Source: Felis catus (taxonomy: Eukaryota). Taken from it: 64,000 bases of DNA. The stretch covers positions 139,254,001 to 139,318,000 of the forward strand of contig NC_058368.1 of the NCBI RefSeq assembly GCF_018350175.1. Reading direction: 5' to 3'. Under the pieces are notes generated by a model, which was given only the letters and a program-made list of their open reading frames with translations, searched no databases and was not told the origin of the DNA. The position numbers and the translations under genes were made by a program. Below are positions 1 to 12,838 of the stretch, one piece after another; within the stretch, counting starts at the first letter, position 1; every line of letters starts with the position of its first letter.

Positions 1-44
1 AATTCAACAGCAGATTCACATCAGCTAAAGGTCAAAATATTATC

Positions 45-397
45 ATGGGTTGGTGAACTTGTAAAGGGCCAGATAGTAAATATTTTTAAGCTCCCTTGTA
101 GCACAAAAGCAGACACAGATAACGTGTAAATAAATGGATGTGGCCGTGTTCCTATCAAACCTCATTTATAGAAACATGACAGGTTGGGGTGCCTGGGTGG
201 CTCAACTGGTTAAGCATCGACTCTTAGTTTCGGCTCAGGTCGTGATCTCACAAGGTTGGTGATATGGAGCCCTCTGGGCCTAGAGCTTGGGATTCTCTCT
301 CCCTCTTTCACTCTGCCTCTCTCTCTCTCAAAATAAACAAACCAAAAAGAAACATGACAGGCTGGATTCCTCCAAGCTGTAGTTTGCCTATTCCTTA
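45..397 (+). mobile_element. MER58A-like hAT-Charlie MITE, interrupted by a SINE
   Basis: Matches recalled MER58A motifs gtaaagggccagatagtaaatattttt, tggatgtggccgtgttcc and ctgtagtttgcc; contiguous once the SINE and one TSD are removed. Confidence 0.7.
186..347 (+). mobile_element. Can-SINE (internally shortened)
   Basis: ggggtgcctgggtggctca head, (CT)n, A-tail; TSD agaaacatgacagg at 170-183 and 348-361. Confidence 0.9.
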
Positions 398-1039
398 CCA
401 GCACTGCCCCCCTCCACCCCCAAACTGGCTACCCAAGTCTGTTACAAGTTATAGGCATGTTTGCTTATGGCAATACGTAGTACAGTTCACATGAAAATCC
501 AGATTTCTATCTTTGCTTGAGAAAATAAAAAACTGAAGACCTGGGCACATTCAGCTCAAATAATGATCTGGGGTTGAACACTCTGTTCCCTCCCTAGAGG
601 GGTCAGGTCCTCTCCAGCTGCACCCTTCCCACAGGCTAACCTGTGCACTTACCTCTCACTGTGACGGGCAGTGGCACTGAGACCTCTTAGCATCGAAAAC
701 CTACATTAACGCTGTTCCCCAATGGTGTTCCTTAATTGTCCTCTCACTGACTATCCATTCATCTGCTCATCTCTTGGCCTACATTTTTCTGTATTTCAAC
801 TCTCACTGTTTTCATGTCAATGCATCAAAAATACCTAATTATAACACGACAGCAATGCTTGATTTTTTACGACATGCTTTGCCACAAGTATGAAAACAAG
901 AGCTCTCATAGGTAAACATCTTCATTTCGGTTAACTATCCCCATATACAACGTAAGAATGAAATAGTGTTACTATGTTTCCTATACCCACCATGAAACGT
1001 TCCAATCTTTAAAACTTCTTATTTAAAAAAAGGACAATT

Positions 1040-1250
1040 GGGGCGCCTGGGTGGCGCAGTCGGTTAAGCGTCCGACTTCAGCCAGGTCACGATCTCGCGG
1101 TCCGTGAGTTCGAGCCCCGCGTCGGGCTCTGGGCTGATGGCTCAGAGGCTGGAGCCTGTTTCCGATTCTGTGTCTCCCCCTCTCTCTGCCCCTCCCCCAT
1201 TCATGCTCTGTCTCTCTCTGTCCCAAAAATAAATAAACGTTGAAAAAAAA
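1040..1250 (+). mobile_element. Young felid Can-SINE (SINEC_Fc type)
   Basis: CpG-rich, near consensus; TSD aaaag(g/a)acaattg. Confidence 0.95.
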
Positions 1251-1989
1251 AGAACAATTGTTAATGACGAATAAAAAGTTACATCTTATAGTAGTCGATG
1301 GCTTTTTCCAAAAAAAAAAAAAAAAAAAAAAGCTTTTCTATGCATCAAGGCCAGCATCCATGGATGTCTGGAAAAGTGGATTTGAAAAATAAATCTGAAT
1401 AATTTATGAAACCAGTCAGATTGTATTGTTACCGCATTCACAGACGGTGCTTTGTATTTATCAAGACATGTCTGAATCAATCTGAAAAATTATTTCCGGA
1501 TCAATGCCCTCAGAAGAAAGACACTTATTGACTCCTGTGCTTTCCTCTTTTCTGTATTTCTTTCCTCATTCCATACTGATGGGGAAATAACAAAATATTT
1601 GCCCTTCCCCACAGCATTTTCCCTGAGCTGATGTCGGTTTACACATCAGTGCAAGTTTCCCGAGGGCCTCCTATCATGTGTCCTCCTTTACTTTCAAAAT
1701 AAGAGGCAGTTCAAAAAATCCTTTGATTTTTTAAACCTTTTGGTTTTGATATGAGTGGATTATTATTGAGCCTTTTGTGAGGTGTGGCTGTCTTGTCCGG
1801 GTCAATGTCAGCTGGTGAATGGTTTCCCTTTGGAATTCTGTGCTATTCACTTCTGCTCTTGGGAAAAGTGGGTCAACTTTTATCACATTTTAAATCTGCT
1901 TGAGAAGGTAAGACATGCACATGAAGATCAAAGCACGTATAAAGGTGGGTACACCTTGAGGAGACTTATTTTTTCTCACCACCCCCCCC

Positions 1990-2965
1990 CCCCCACTGCC
2001 ACTCCCACAAGACTGTCTCTACTTCAGACACCAATTGTAGGTCCTGGGTTGTCACCTGTACTTCTGACTGATGGGCTATAAATCGGAGTTCTGGGGTACC
2101 TGGGTGGCTCAGTCGGTTAAGTGTCCTACTCTTGATTTTGGCTCAGGTCATGATCCCAGGGTGTGGGATCAAGCCCTGTGTTGGGCTCTGTGCTGAGCGT
2201 GGAGCCTGCTTGGGATTCTCTCTGTCCTTCTCTCTTTTCCCTCTGCCCCTCTCCCTCACTTGCACTCTTTCTCTCTAAAAATAAAAATAAAAACTTAAAC
2301 AAACAAACAAACAAATAAATAAATAAATTAGAGTTCTAAAAACCTCCTCTTCAGGTTTGATCATTTGCTAGAAAAGCCCATAGAACTTAGGGAAGCACGC
2401 TTACCAGTTTATTAAAGGATATGATAAAGGGTATAGATGAACAGTCAGATAGAGAGACCCAGAGGGTGGGACTCTGAAGAGTCCCAAGCATAGGAGCTTC
2501 TGTCCCTGTGGAGACGGGGTGCACGACCCTCCTGGCGTGTGGATGTGTTTGCCAGCCTGGAAGCTCTTGAAACCTCACAGTTCAGGGATTTTTATGGAAG
2601 TTTCATCACATTGACACAATCGGTTATTGACTCAACTCTAGTCCCTCTCCCTTCCCCAAAGGATGGGAGACAGGGCTGAATGTTTCAAGCTTCTAATCAG
2701 GGCTTCGTCTTACTGGTGACTAGCCCCCTCCTGAAGATATCCGGGAGCCCACCAAGAGTCCTCTTATTGGAACAAAAGACACTCCTATCACTCAAGAAAT
2801 TCCAAGGTATTTGGGAGCTCTGTACCAGGAACCAGGGTCAAAGACCAAATATTAAAACAAAAATGCTGCTAGCACGTTTATTATTAGGAAATTACAAAGA
2901 CGTTAGGAGCTCTAGCCAGGAGCCAGGGACAAAGACCAAATTTATATTTCTTATTTTATCAAAGT
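1990..2965 (-). mobile_element. MER21-family LTR, interrupted by a SINE
   Basis: Motifs ggagcttctgtccctgtggag, aggaaattacaa...taggagctct and gaccaaatttatatttcttatt, with the internal repeat typical of MER21. Confidence 0.75.
2093..2323 (+). mobile_element. Can-SINE
   Basis: tRNA-like head, (CT)n, A-rich tail; TSD taaat(cg/ta)gagttct. Confidence 0.92.
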
Positions 2966-3367
2966 ATCATACTACCTTAATAATTTTGTCATACGTTTGT
3001 ACCAGCTGAACCATTACTTAAATTTTTAATTGATTTAGGTAACAAAAGCCCAGTATTGCTGACCATAAATAGAAGATAATGATACAAATGAGACTATAAA
3101 AATTGATATTCTTTAAATATACCACCAATACACTTAATCAAATATACCACTGATACACCTGGGAAATGCTCTGTGGGCTGATCAGCTTCTAAACCAGCAT
3201 GAGAGGACTTCCAAGGGCTACTCAGGGACAGAGAGTTCGATGGAAAGAGTTTCCATCAATTCTTTTCTAAAATACATCAGCATGAGAATGCGCCCATGAG
3301 AGAGAGTTGGGTTCTCCATTCTGTCTCCCTGTTTTGAAATCCCCTTACTACTTTATAAAATAAGATG

Positions 3368-3630
3368 AGGGGCGCCTGGGTGGCTCCGCCCATTGAGCGC
3401 CGACTTCGGCTCAGGTCACGATCTCGCGGTCCGTGAGTTCGAGCCCCGCATGGGGCCCCTGTGCTGACAGCTCAGAGCCCGGAGCCTGTTTCAGATTCTG
3501 TGTCTCCCTCTCTCTGACCCTCCCCCGTTCATGCTTTGTCTCTCTCTGTCTCAAAAATAAATAAACGTTAAAAAAAATAAAATAAAATAAAATAAAATAA
3601 AATAAAATAAAATAAAATAAAATAAAATAA
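3368..3630 (+). mobile_element. Can-SINE with (AAAAT)n tail
   Basis: Consensus body; pentanucleotide tail ~3575-3632; TSD taaaataa(g/a)atga. Confidence 0.93.
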
Positions 3631-4192
3631 AATGAATCATTCTGTGGTGCATCACATGGGTGACGTGGGTGGCAATGGGCCAGAAAACAGAAAAATAGTT
3701 TGAAATATTTGTATCAGTTTTGAAGAAATGAATGAATCTAATAACCAGGTTAAAAAAAAAAAATCCCTTTGCTGGCCCGGTGGTTTTCAGTTCTTTGGTT
3801 TCAACAAAACGGACAGATATAGTTTAAAATAATTCAATGATAGCTCACGATATAAATTTTGGCATAAAACTCAGGAGCTCACAGAACTGAGTGATTGCTC
3901 TAAAATCCATCTTTTTTGTCATTTTTAACACATTTGTGTGAATAAGATTTCTTATTGCTTATATGTATTAAAAAACACATATAGGAATAGAATTAAACAC
4001 TATGTTATTCTAATAATAAGTAATATTTCTCCACAAAGACATGAATGGGGGAAATAAAAAGCAATCTCAGACATTTCTTCAAGAGATGTATTTCCAGTAT
4101 TTTGCTTTTTATCAAAATCTCACTGAAATTTATATTTGTTTGTTTTAGTCAGCTAAAATTGACTAATTGTAATGATAAAACCCAGGATACAT

Positions 4193-4434
4193 ACATTTTT
4201 ATTTTTAATTTTTTAAAATGTGTATTTATTTATTTACGGGGGGGGGAGAAAGAGTGAGAGGGAGAGAGAGAATGTGGGGGGAGAGGGGCAAAGAGAGAGA
4301 AGGAGAAAGAATCCTAAGCAGGCTCTGCACTGTCAGCATGGAGCCAGATGTGGACTCCATCCCACGAACTGTGGTATCATGACCTGAGCTGAGATCAAGA
4401 GTCAGACGCTTAACTATCTGGGCCACCCAGGTGT
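4193..4434 (-). mobile_element. Can-SINE
   Basis: Reverse-strand body; TSD cccaggatacat at 4181-4192 and 4435-4446. Confidence 0.92.
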
Positions 4435-4484
4435 CCCAGGATACATTTTAAAAACTGTTTAGAGCCTTATGGTTACAGCAATTT

Positions 4485-4953
4485 TTTTTTTTAGTTTTCA
4501 TTTTTTTTATTATGAAATTTATTGTCAAATTGGTTTCCATACAACACCCCAGTGCTCATCCCAACAGGTGCCCTCAATACCCATCACCCACTCACCCCTC
4601 CCTCCCACCCCCCATCAACCCTCAGTTTTTTCTCAGTTTTTAGGAGTCTCTTATGTTTTGGCTCCCTCCCTCTCTAACCATTTTTTCTTCTTCCCCTCCC
4701 CCCATGGTCTCCTGTTAAGTTTCTCAGGATCCACATAGGAGTGAAGACATATGGAATCTGTCCTTCTATGTATGACTTATTTCACTTAGCATCACACTCT
4801 CCAGTTCCATCCACGTTGCTACAAAGGGCCATATTTCATTCTTTCTCATTGCCACGTAGTATTCCATTGTGTATATAAACCACAATTTCTTTATCCATTC
4901 ATCAGTTGATGGACATTTAGGCTCTTTCCGTAATTTAGCTATCGTTGAGAGTA
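4485..4953 (-). mobile_element. 5'-truncated felid L1 (3'UTR plus end of ORF2)
   Basis: tatgaaatttattgtcaaattggtttccatacaacacccagtgctcatccc felid L1 3' end; poly-T; TSD tacagcaattt at 4474-4484 and 4954-4964. Confidence 0.92.
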
Positions 4954-5438
4954 TACAGCAATTTGTTTTTATAATTCCAACCTATACACGTATTTTTATC
5001 ATAGTGAAATAAAGATAAAATGACTAATAATAGACTTTCTAGCACAAAACATATTAGGATCAAATTCTGTGGAAGAATGGAAATATGAGGTCAGACACAA
5101 AAGGAATGATGTAAAGTTTCTGATTGTCAAAGAGCTTGCTCGTGTGTTTGGTAAATGGTAATGATGAATATCAAATTGCTATGGTATTGAGAATCCACTG
5201 GCTACTTTAAAAATAGGAAAGGGACAGTTTTATTTTAAAGATGCAATACATACCATATCCTAGAAAGTGTATCTTTTATAATTATATAAACATGATACAA
5301 ACTCATCTGTCAATTTAAAAATGTGTAAGAGGGACACTGTTCTATAAAATTCTTTTTGAGATTATTTAAGCAAATTAATTTGAAAACCATTGCAGAAGAA
5401 ATCTCAAGTATGTGAGTTTTAAAAATCTACTATTCATG

Positions 5439-5612
5439 GGGGCATCTGGCTGGCTCAGTTGGTTGAGCGTCCAACACTTGATTTCACCTCACGTCATGAT
5501 CCCGGGGTCATGGGATCCACCGTGAGCATGGAGCCTGCTTAAGATTCTCTCTCTCTCTTTGCTCCTCTCCCACTCACGTTCTCTCTTTGTAAAAAAAATT
5601 TTTTAATGCCTT
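5439..5612 (+). mobile_element. Can-SINE (older, shortened)
   Basis: Head and (CT)n present; TSD aaaaatcta(c/t)tattcatg. Confidence 0.88.
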
Positions 5613-5981
5613 TTAAAAATCTATTATTCATGCATCCTTGCTGAAAAAATTACTCAAATATGCATTCCAACTATGAGAGCAATGACTCAAAATCAAGAAC
5701 CCAAGATTGGAAAAGTCAGAAGACAAAACAAATGGAACACAGAACTCCACTCCACTCATAAAACTGAATATAAATAGCTATATTAAAATTTTCAAACGTA
5801 AAAATTTTCAAAAATAATCTCCAAATGAATGCAAACACCAAGGCAGTTCTTGAAAAGGATTTAGATGGTGAAAAGAAAATGCCACCAGCTGGACCCCAAG
5901 ACGTGACTTTTACTGCCCACCTGCTTGAACTCATGACATTTCCCTTCACTTCATCTTTTTCTGCTTATCTCTTAACTCAGA

Positions 5982-7160
5982 TATAAGACTGGAGGGGCAT
6001 GGCATCCTGATGGACACCAAAACTACCCCTCAAACAAAAATGACTGCCCGGAGGAAGAGCTTCAGAGGCCCAGACCCTTCAGTCAAGTTTAAGCTCAACC
6101 CCCAACTCACACCTGCACAGATGGACCACAGGGAATGCCCTATGGAGTGACTGACAGTTACCTTTACCTCATTAGAATTATGAGATTTCCGCCCAAGGGA
6201 GAGCACAAGCCCCGTTTACATAACATACAACGTATGCATACGCGTGTTTCCTTAGGGCACACCCCGTGACCTTATGCCCGCCTCTACCTGCAATGACAAA
6301 ACTCCCCCTTCCAAGTCTTCATCCTAATCCTCAATAAAAGGAACCCATCCACCCTTACTCGGGGAGTCACGGCTTTGGAATCTCCCCGTGATCTCTGATG
6401 AGGGAGCATAAGGCAAAGTGAGAGCAAAGGACAAACTAACCACACCTCCTTACCCCGAAGTGGGAGGTGTGATATTCCTCAGGCACTCCGGGCTGCCCAA
6501 GAACAAAGGAAAGGAAAGAAAACAGGTGGTTAAGTGATAGAGATCACAGTCATGCAGGACACGAGTCTCCATCAGTTTGCAAATGTCTTAGTGAATTATA
6601 AGAAAAAGGCAATCTTACCAAAAGCCAAATCTCCAGAAACCTGTAGAGTCAGTTTCCTGGAGCTCCAACACCACCCTCCCCTCCATACAGGTACAATTAA
6701 ATTTCTTTATAACCTGCAGCCATTGACAAATACTTGAGGCAAATACGGAGTATAACAGTTCTCCAGGAACACCCTACTGCCGTAGGGTTAATGCCTAACT
6801 AGAGGGAAAACAACCTTAGCTTGACAATAGCAAGGCCCCTGGCATCTTATAAGTCTTCTTTAGCATATCAAAGTCTTTCTGGAGGCCTCCGTTTTGCCTT
6901 TACCTCCTCCAAGTCCAGGGTATTTAACCAGTCACTCTTCACACCCCCCAGAGCAGCTCTTTCTGCCCACGGGTCCACACTTTAATAAAATCACCTTTTT
7001 TGCACCTAAGACATCTCAAGAATTCTTTTCTTGGTCATCGGCTCTGATCCCCCAACACTCCAAAACCCCATCAATCTCCTTTTGGGCTGCAAATGAAGTT
7101 TTCTTTGTGTGACAACTCCACCTTGTGACCCACCAAGGAGCAAACTCATGTTCAGTTAAA
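5982..7160 (+). mobile_element. Outer ERV LTR (split by a nested LTR)
   Basis: LTR-like U3/R/U5 text (ggggagtcacggctttggaa...ttctttgtgtgacaactcc) becomes continuous when 6396-7078 is removed; degenerate termini. Confidence 0.6.
6396..7073 (+). mobile_element. Solo ERV LTR (678 bp)
   Basis: TGATG...CATCA inverted termini, 5-bp TSD ATCTC (6391-6395 and 7074-7078), TATA-like gtatttaa ~6920, AATAAA at 6984. Confidence 0.85.
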
Positions 7161-7669
7161 ACCTCCCGTGGTTCTACAACACCAGATTAAATCAACAACT
7201 GGAGTAATGGAAAGTAAATGCTGGACAACTTCCCTAAATGCATTATATGCTGGCAGAATATGATTCTTGAGTGCCAACTATGTGCCAAGCACTGTCGAAG
7301 AGGCTCAGGCTGTGTCACTCAACAAAGTGTTCAAAGATCCGAGCAGAATTTAGAATTCTCTGCATGGAAATATAGTGTATGTTTGGGGAGAGAGGGAGAT
7401 AAAAATTGTTCAGGTTTTTGGTGATCCTTATTAGGGACGTAGAATTTTAAGTTGGTATTTAGTACATGAACTTAACTTTCAACTTGAGAAATAATCAAAA
7501 AAAGAGCCCCAAGGAATATAGAGAAAAGGAAGTGCTAAAAGAAAACTCATATGAATATATAAATATTATTACTCTATGAAATGAAGGATGTCTGAATGCA
7601 TGCAGAATACTCTTCACTGTCCATTTGTTTGAGGCATTTGCTCTCCAAACCCAGACACTTAGGGTTTAG

Positions 7670-8010
7670 ATGAATGTTCCACCAGGCAGGCACAATTGAT
7701 GAAGTCACTTAATCTTGGATTAACCACACTGGTGATTTAATCAGTCCTCAGCCCCTCTCCCCTTACTGGTGGTCAGAAGGTAGGGCTGAAAGTTCCAAAT
7801 CTTTAATTGCATGGTTGGTGCCTCTGGCACGAGCCCCCAGCCGCCCCATGAATCACTCATTAGCATAAACTCAGGTACAAGTTTACTATGAATAACAAAA
7901 GATGTTCCTCTCACCCCTGCCACTCCGGAAGTTTCAAGTGTTTTAGAACTTCTGGGCCAGGAACTAGGGGCGAAGACCTCATATATGTTTCTCATTATAT
8001 TATAACATCA
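7670..8010 (-). mobile_element. MER21-family LTR fragment
   Basis: gggctgaaagttccaa and ggaagtttcaagtgttttagaact...atatatgtttctcattatattata; similar to 2640-2960. Confidence 0.7.
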
Positions 8011-9553
8011 AAGTGCATGTATGTGGTCGGGTGCAGAGGAGGACAGGGAGAGAAGGTGGGGAGACAACACTGTTCCCCTGTTCCCCTTCTACTCACACTG
8101 AAGAGATGGCAGGGGCTCCTGTGAAAGAGGGCCCTCCCCCTCTTCCCAGCCCTGGCCAGGTCAGAACTTTGCACTACCTGAAGGGGTCAAGAAGGCCCAA
8201 GAGTCACCTGTCTTGAAGGGGCATGGATGTAAACCACCCAAGTGGGTCCAGGGGGAGATTCATGTCCTAGAAAGCATCCTCCCCTCCAATAATCTTCCTC
8301 TGGTAACAAGGGAACAACCAAGTAGGGCTCTGGAACTTACTCTAACAACTAACAGTGGGGTCTTGTTTTTGTGAAGCCCTATCTGTGATCAGAGCTGCTC
8401 TGGGCAGCCCCAAACTCCAGGCCTGAATATGAAAATATCTTCTCTGCATGAACTAGGGACCGCTGGGAAAAGCAGAAAGGGTTTTTCTCTTTTGTGAAGG
8501 GAAGAACTCATCAAGTCGTTGATATGTGCTAGTTCTGACTTGACGCAGAGGAAACATAGGAAGTCATCAAATTTACATTTATATGAGTTTATAGGAAAAG
8601 GCAGACACTCATTCCCACTCACTGACACGGCTTTGCATGTAGGAAATGTTAACTCACGGAAATCATCACTCTGTTTAGCAGTGAGGCTTGAAGGCTTTAT
8701 AAACAAAATGTGATGGCATCTTCCTGAACCACAATAACGGAGTTGCTTTACTATGAATACAAATTGGTGAGGAATTGATGAAACACAGTGTAGGTGCTGC
8801 TGGAGTATGCTCCTGTCTAAAAAAACAAAACTTTAATGCATTTTGAAAAAGTAGACTTATGACAACGTCCAAGATTGACTGTCATTGTTGGTTCCATAGA
8901 AATTGTCTTCCTTCCTTGGGAACGTGTAGAAGATGAGAAAATGCATTTTAAGCTATTAGGTGATGTTTTCTAGTCAAATCACTTTTTTTTGTGTGGCTGG
9001 ACAGCCCTGCTGGTAATGTATCAATTCCATCTGTAGCTATCAAAGTTCCTCTCACCTAAGCTAACTGATAACATTCCTGCTAAACCACAGTGGTGCTTCC
9101 TGGCTGGTTCTTATTATCAGATTGTTTTCCTAAAACGACGCCGGGGACATTTGTTCGGCATGTGGCATGAGGTCAGGCAGGAGCTATTTCCTTACCTGTC
9201 CTCTTCCATTGTTGATTTTCTTTCTTTTCTGGATAGGCTATTTGCTTTTGATCATTTCTCTGCTTCACGCAGGCTCCTTTTGTTTAGGAAGTCTCTAGAG
9301 TTGTGGCATCTTCTTGATGTTGAGTTTTTTAATGCTGTTTGCTTGCTTTTTGTTTGTTTATGGGTCTAGACATTAAACGCTAGGTGGATCTTGGCTCTCA
9401 GTTGTCTTGGGGCTGATGGGTTCACTGACCAAAAAAACCTGACATGCATAGACTCCAATCACAAGAAATCAGCATAATTTTATTGTTGTTTTTACTGTTT
9501 GAGTTTTCATTTTTTTTTTTTTTCTTAAGAGCCTGATTAAAACTTTCTTTCTT

Positions 9554-9775
9554 GGGGCACCTGGATGGCTCAATCAGTTAAGTGTCTGACTTTGACTTAC
9601 ATCACGATCTCATGGTTTGTGGGTTCAAGCCTCACATGGGGCTCTGTGCTGACAGCTCGGAGCTTGGAGCCTGCTTCCCATTCTGCGTCGCCCTCTTTCT
9701 CTGCCACTCCTCTGCGTGCACTCTGTCTCTCTCTTTCTCTCTCAAAAATAAAAATGAACATTAAAAACAATTTTT
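9554..9775 (+). mobile_element. Can-SINE
   Basis: Consensus body; TSD approx. aaaac(t/c)ttcttt. Confidence 0.92.
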
Positions 9776-10953
9776 TAAAAAAACCTTTCTTTATTACAGC
9801 TATAAAGAATTTAAAATAAGAGTTGAATTAGCATGCCATCAGTGGAGAAAGAGATTTTTTTAAAAAACAGAAACAGCTTCCCCTACCCCATGTCCAGTTA
9901 ATACTGATCAAAACATACTATGGTCATTTAGTCAAAATGATGAAAAATCCAAAAACAAATGCAGTATTCTTGTACGCAGACCCATAGAGGAATGGGAAAA
10001 GGCAGAATGAAAGATTAGAGAAAAGTAAACTTCATAGCAGCTAGGATATGGTGGGACCAAATTACAGTTTTCTAACTGAAAGGTGTACCCTTGCCTATAG
10101 AAGTGAGTTGTGGGGTCAAGCAGCAGGTGTTCTGTTCAGTAAACGCTTCACTCTTGCTGCCCAACACATCGATTTTGTTTTCTGTCTCCATTCCACCTAC
10201 ACAGCGATCTGCCTCATTGATTGGCTTCTCATGAAACAGGGTGTGACCTGCCTAACTGACAAGCCCTGTCATTCACAACACGCTCCAGCACTGGAAGCTC
10301 TGATTGAGCCTAGGATCTAGGAACAGCTTCACAAGGGGCTCGTGCCAAAGCCTGGCAAGTGACCACTGGGTGCTGGCAGGAGGCCTCAGGTCCTCACCTT
10401 CAGGACCTCTCCAGAGGGTTGCTTGAGAAGTGACCGACCCTGGCTGCACCCAAAGCAAGTGATCCGGGCCTCAGGTTTTGATGCAGAGAAAGGAATCCCT
10501 TCTAGGGTAATTCTCCCGGCCTGTTTCTCACTCATTCTTATGCAAGGGAAGAGGAGGGGCTTCTGATTGGTGAATTTGCTAGAAGACACCAATCATGGTC
10601 AATCAGCTCCTTTGGGGGTTATTTTATTTCGGAGCAAGCAAGTCCCCAGGATGCAGGCATTCTAATCTGTTTGGGGCAATACCAGAGAAAGGACCAGCTG
10701 TTGGGGAGTCCTTGACTTGTCCAGCTACGCCAGTAACTGCTGGGTAAGTCCATCTTATTGGGGTGAATTGGTGGTAAACCCACATAGCTGTAGGTCTAAA
10801 GTCATGATCTCTCATCAGCATCGCCAGTGATGTCCTGGTTGCCAGTGAACAACTAGTTCTGAACACTAGGAGGGAAGATGGGGCCTCTTCAAAACTCAAA
10901 ATTTGCTGGAAGAGAATAAAACTGGAGTGATTCAGCCAGAAATCTGAACATTT

Positions 10954-11180
10954 ATCTTTTTCATTATTATTTTTAATGTTTTTATTCATTTTTGAGACAG
11001 AGAGAGACAGAGCGTGAGCGGGGAAGGGGCAGAGTGAGAGGGAGACACAGAATCTGACGCAGGCTCCAGGCTCCGAGCTGCCAGCACAGAGCCCGACGCG
11101 GGCCTCGAACTCACAGACTGTGAGATCGTGACCTGAGCTGAAGTCGGACGCTCAACCACTGAGCCACTCAGGCGCCCCTG
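10954..11180 (-). mobile_element. Can-SINE
   Basis: TSD gaaatctgaacattta at 10938-10953 and 11181-11196. Confidence 0.94.
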
Positions 11181-11504
11181 GAAATCTGAACATTTAAATA
11201 GCTTTTCCACTAGCCAAACTTTAACATCTTCAAAGCTGAGGGTATTTCTCTGTTCAGTTGTTTTCTGTGGAGCCTGAGAAGGTATTTGCAAAACGTTTTC
11301 CAGAGGGACGTCTGGGTAGGCAGGGCTAGGGAGTGGGAGAGTTGTCTTTCTTTATCGTTCTTGCCTTCAAGTACTCTCACCTGGTTTGGTCAAATGGTGG
11401 TTGTAACTATGTGAGAACACCAACCAGTTAACATTTTCCTGGAAGACCTGTTGACTCCAATCTCTACTTCCTGTTCTAACAACAACAACAACAACAACAA
11501 CAAC

Positions 11505-11850
11505 AAGGGCACTTACTGTTTTTGAGCGCCTCCTATGAGCCAACCAGTTTACTATGAACTTTACATACATTGTTTCTGATATATTTTTAAAAAGTTTATT
11601 TATTTATTTAAATAATCTCTACACCCAGCCTGGGGCTCAAACTCATAATCCGGAGATCAAGAGTTGTGTGCTTTTCCAACTGGGTCAGCCAGGTGCCTCA
11701 CATTGTTTCTGATCTTTACATCAGCTCTGCGATATAGATATTACTTTCTTGCAGATGAAGACAATAAGGCTCAGATAAATTAGGAAATGTGCCCCGGGTC
11801 ATGCAGAATGGAGACTGGAACCCCAGTGCAACTCCAAACCTCAGGCTCCA
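11505..11850 (-). mobile_element. MIR, interrupted by a SINE and preceded by (AAC)n
   Basis: ttgagcgcctcctatg...gcagatgaagacaataaggctcaga MIR core. Confidence 0.6.
11581..11699 (-). mobile_element. Short older Can-SINE (lacks CT tract)
   Basis: taatctctacaccca...gagatcaagagt...cagccaggtgcc; TSD acattgtttctgat at 11567-11580 and 11700-11713. Confidence 0.88.
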
Positions 11851-12352
11851 GTCACTTTTGCCCCATCTCTCTGATGCCCCACCCCATCTCAGCTTTGCAG
11901 CCTGGGAAGACCAGTTCGAAGATGTTCTTGTTTTTCAAGGCTGGCTGACTTTTTCCCAGTGGGGTTTTCCAAATAGCCTAGAAACCCAGGAGCCATTAAG
12001 GCCAAGAATTCTACTTGGAGACTATCTTACCCTTCCAGTACCCCCACCTCTTACCCAACCCAGAACTCCCAGCATGCACCCTGCTTTCTGCTATGAAACT
12101 GTTATTGTACTTATCCCAGAGTTTGCCAAGAGGCCATCTGTGCAAACAGGAGGTGCTATTATCTTTACAGTCTTCTAAAACGGCCAATGCCTGAGTTATG
12201 TAAATTGCATTTGACAATGGAAGATGGGATTCTGGGTCTCTGAGGGACCATGTCTACACTGTTATTTTGTCTTCCCACGACACACACACACACACACACA
12301 AATTGAAACAACTCTAACATTGAGAGAGAAAAGCAGCAATTTCCTTAGTAGG

Positions 12353-12838
12353 TGTGGTAGGCAACATGATGGTTCCCCAAAGATGTCTACGTCCTTTTCC
12401 CCTGGAACCTGTGAATATATTACCTTACATGGCAAAGAGACTTTGCAGGTATAATTAAATTAAGGGTCTTGCAACACAGATAAGCCTGGATTACCTGGTG
12501 GGCCCAGTATAATCTCAAGGGTCCTTACAAGTGAAAGAAGTAGGCAGAAGAGTCTGAGAGGGAGATGTGGCAACAGAAGGAGAGGTTGGGGTGAAGGCAC
12601 CGCTGGCTGGGGGCCATGTGCCCACAATGGCAGGAAGTCTAGAAGGTGGGAAACACAAGGAAACAGATGCTCCTGTAGAGCCCCCAGAAACAACCCAGCC
12701 CTGCTGACACGTTAATTGTAGCCCCAGTGAGACCCATTTTAGAATTGGGACCGCCAGAACTGGAACATAATAAATTGTGTTGCTTTACGGTACAAAGTTT
12801 GTAGTAATTGGTTACAGTAGCAACAGGAAATGAACACA
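12353..12838 (+). mobile_element. MaLR LTR, MLT1D-like
   Basis: tgtggtagg...ccccaaagatgtc...cctggaacctgtgaatat...ggttacagtagcaacaggaaatgaacaca; TG...CA ends. Confidence 0.85.

Noticed and set aside
1990..8010. MER21 copies at ~2.0-3.0 kb and ~7.7-8.0 kb as paired LTRs of one provirus
   Set aside because: The copies are clearly divergent and I see no gag/pol/env remnants, PBS or PPT between them
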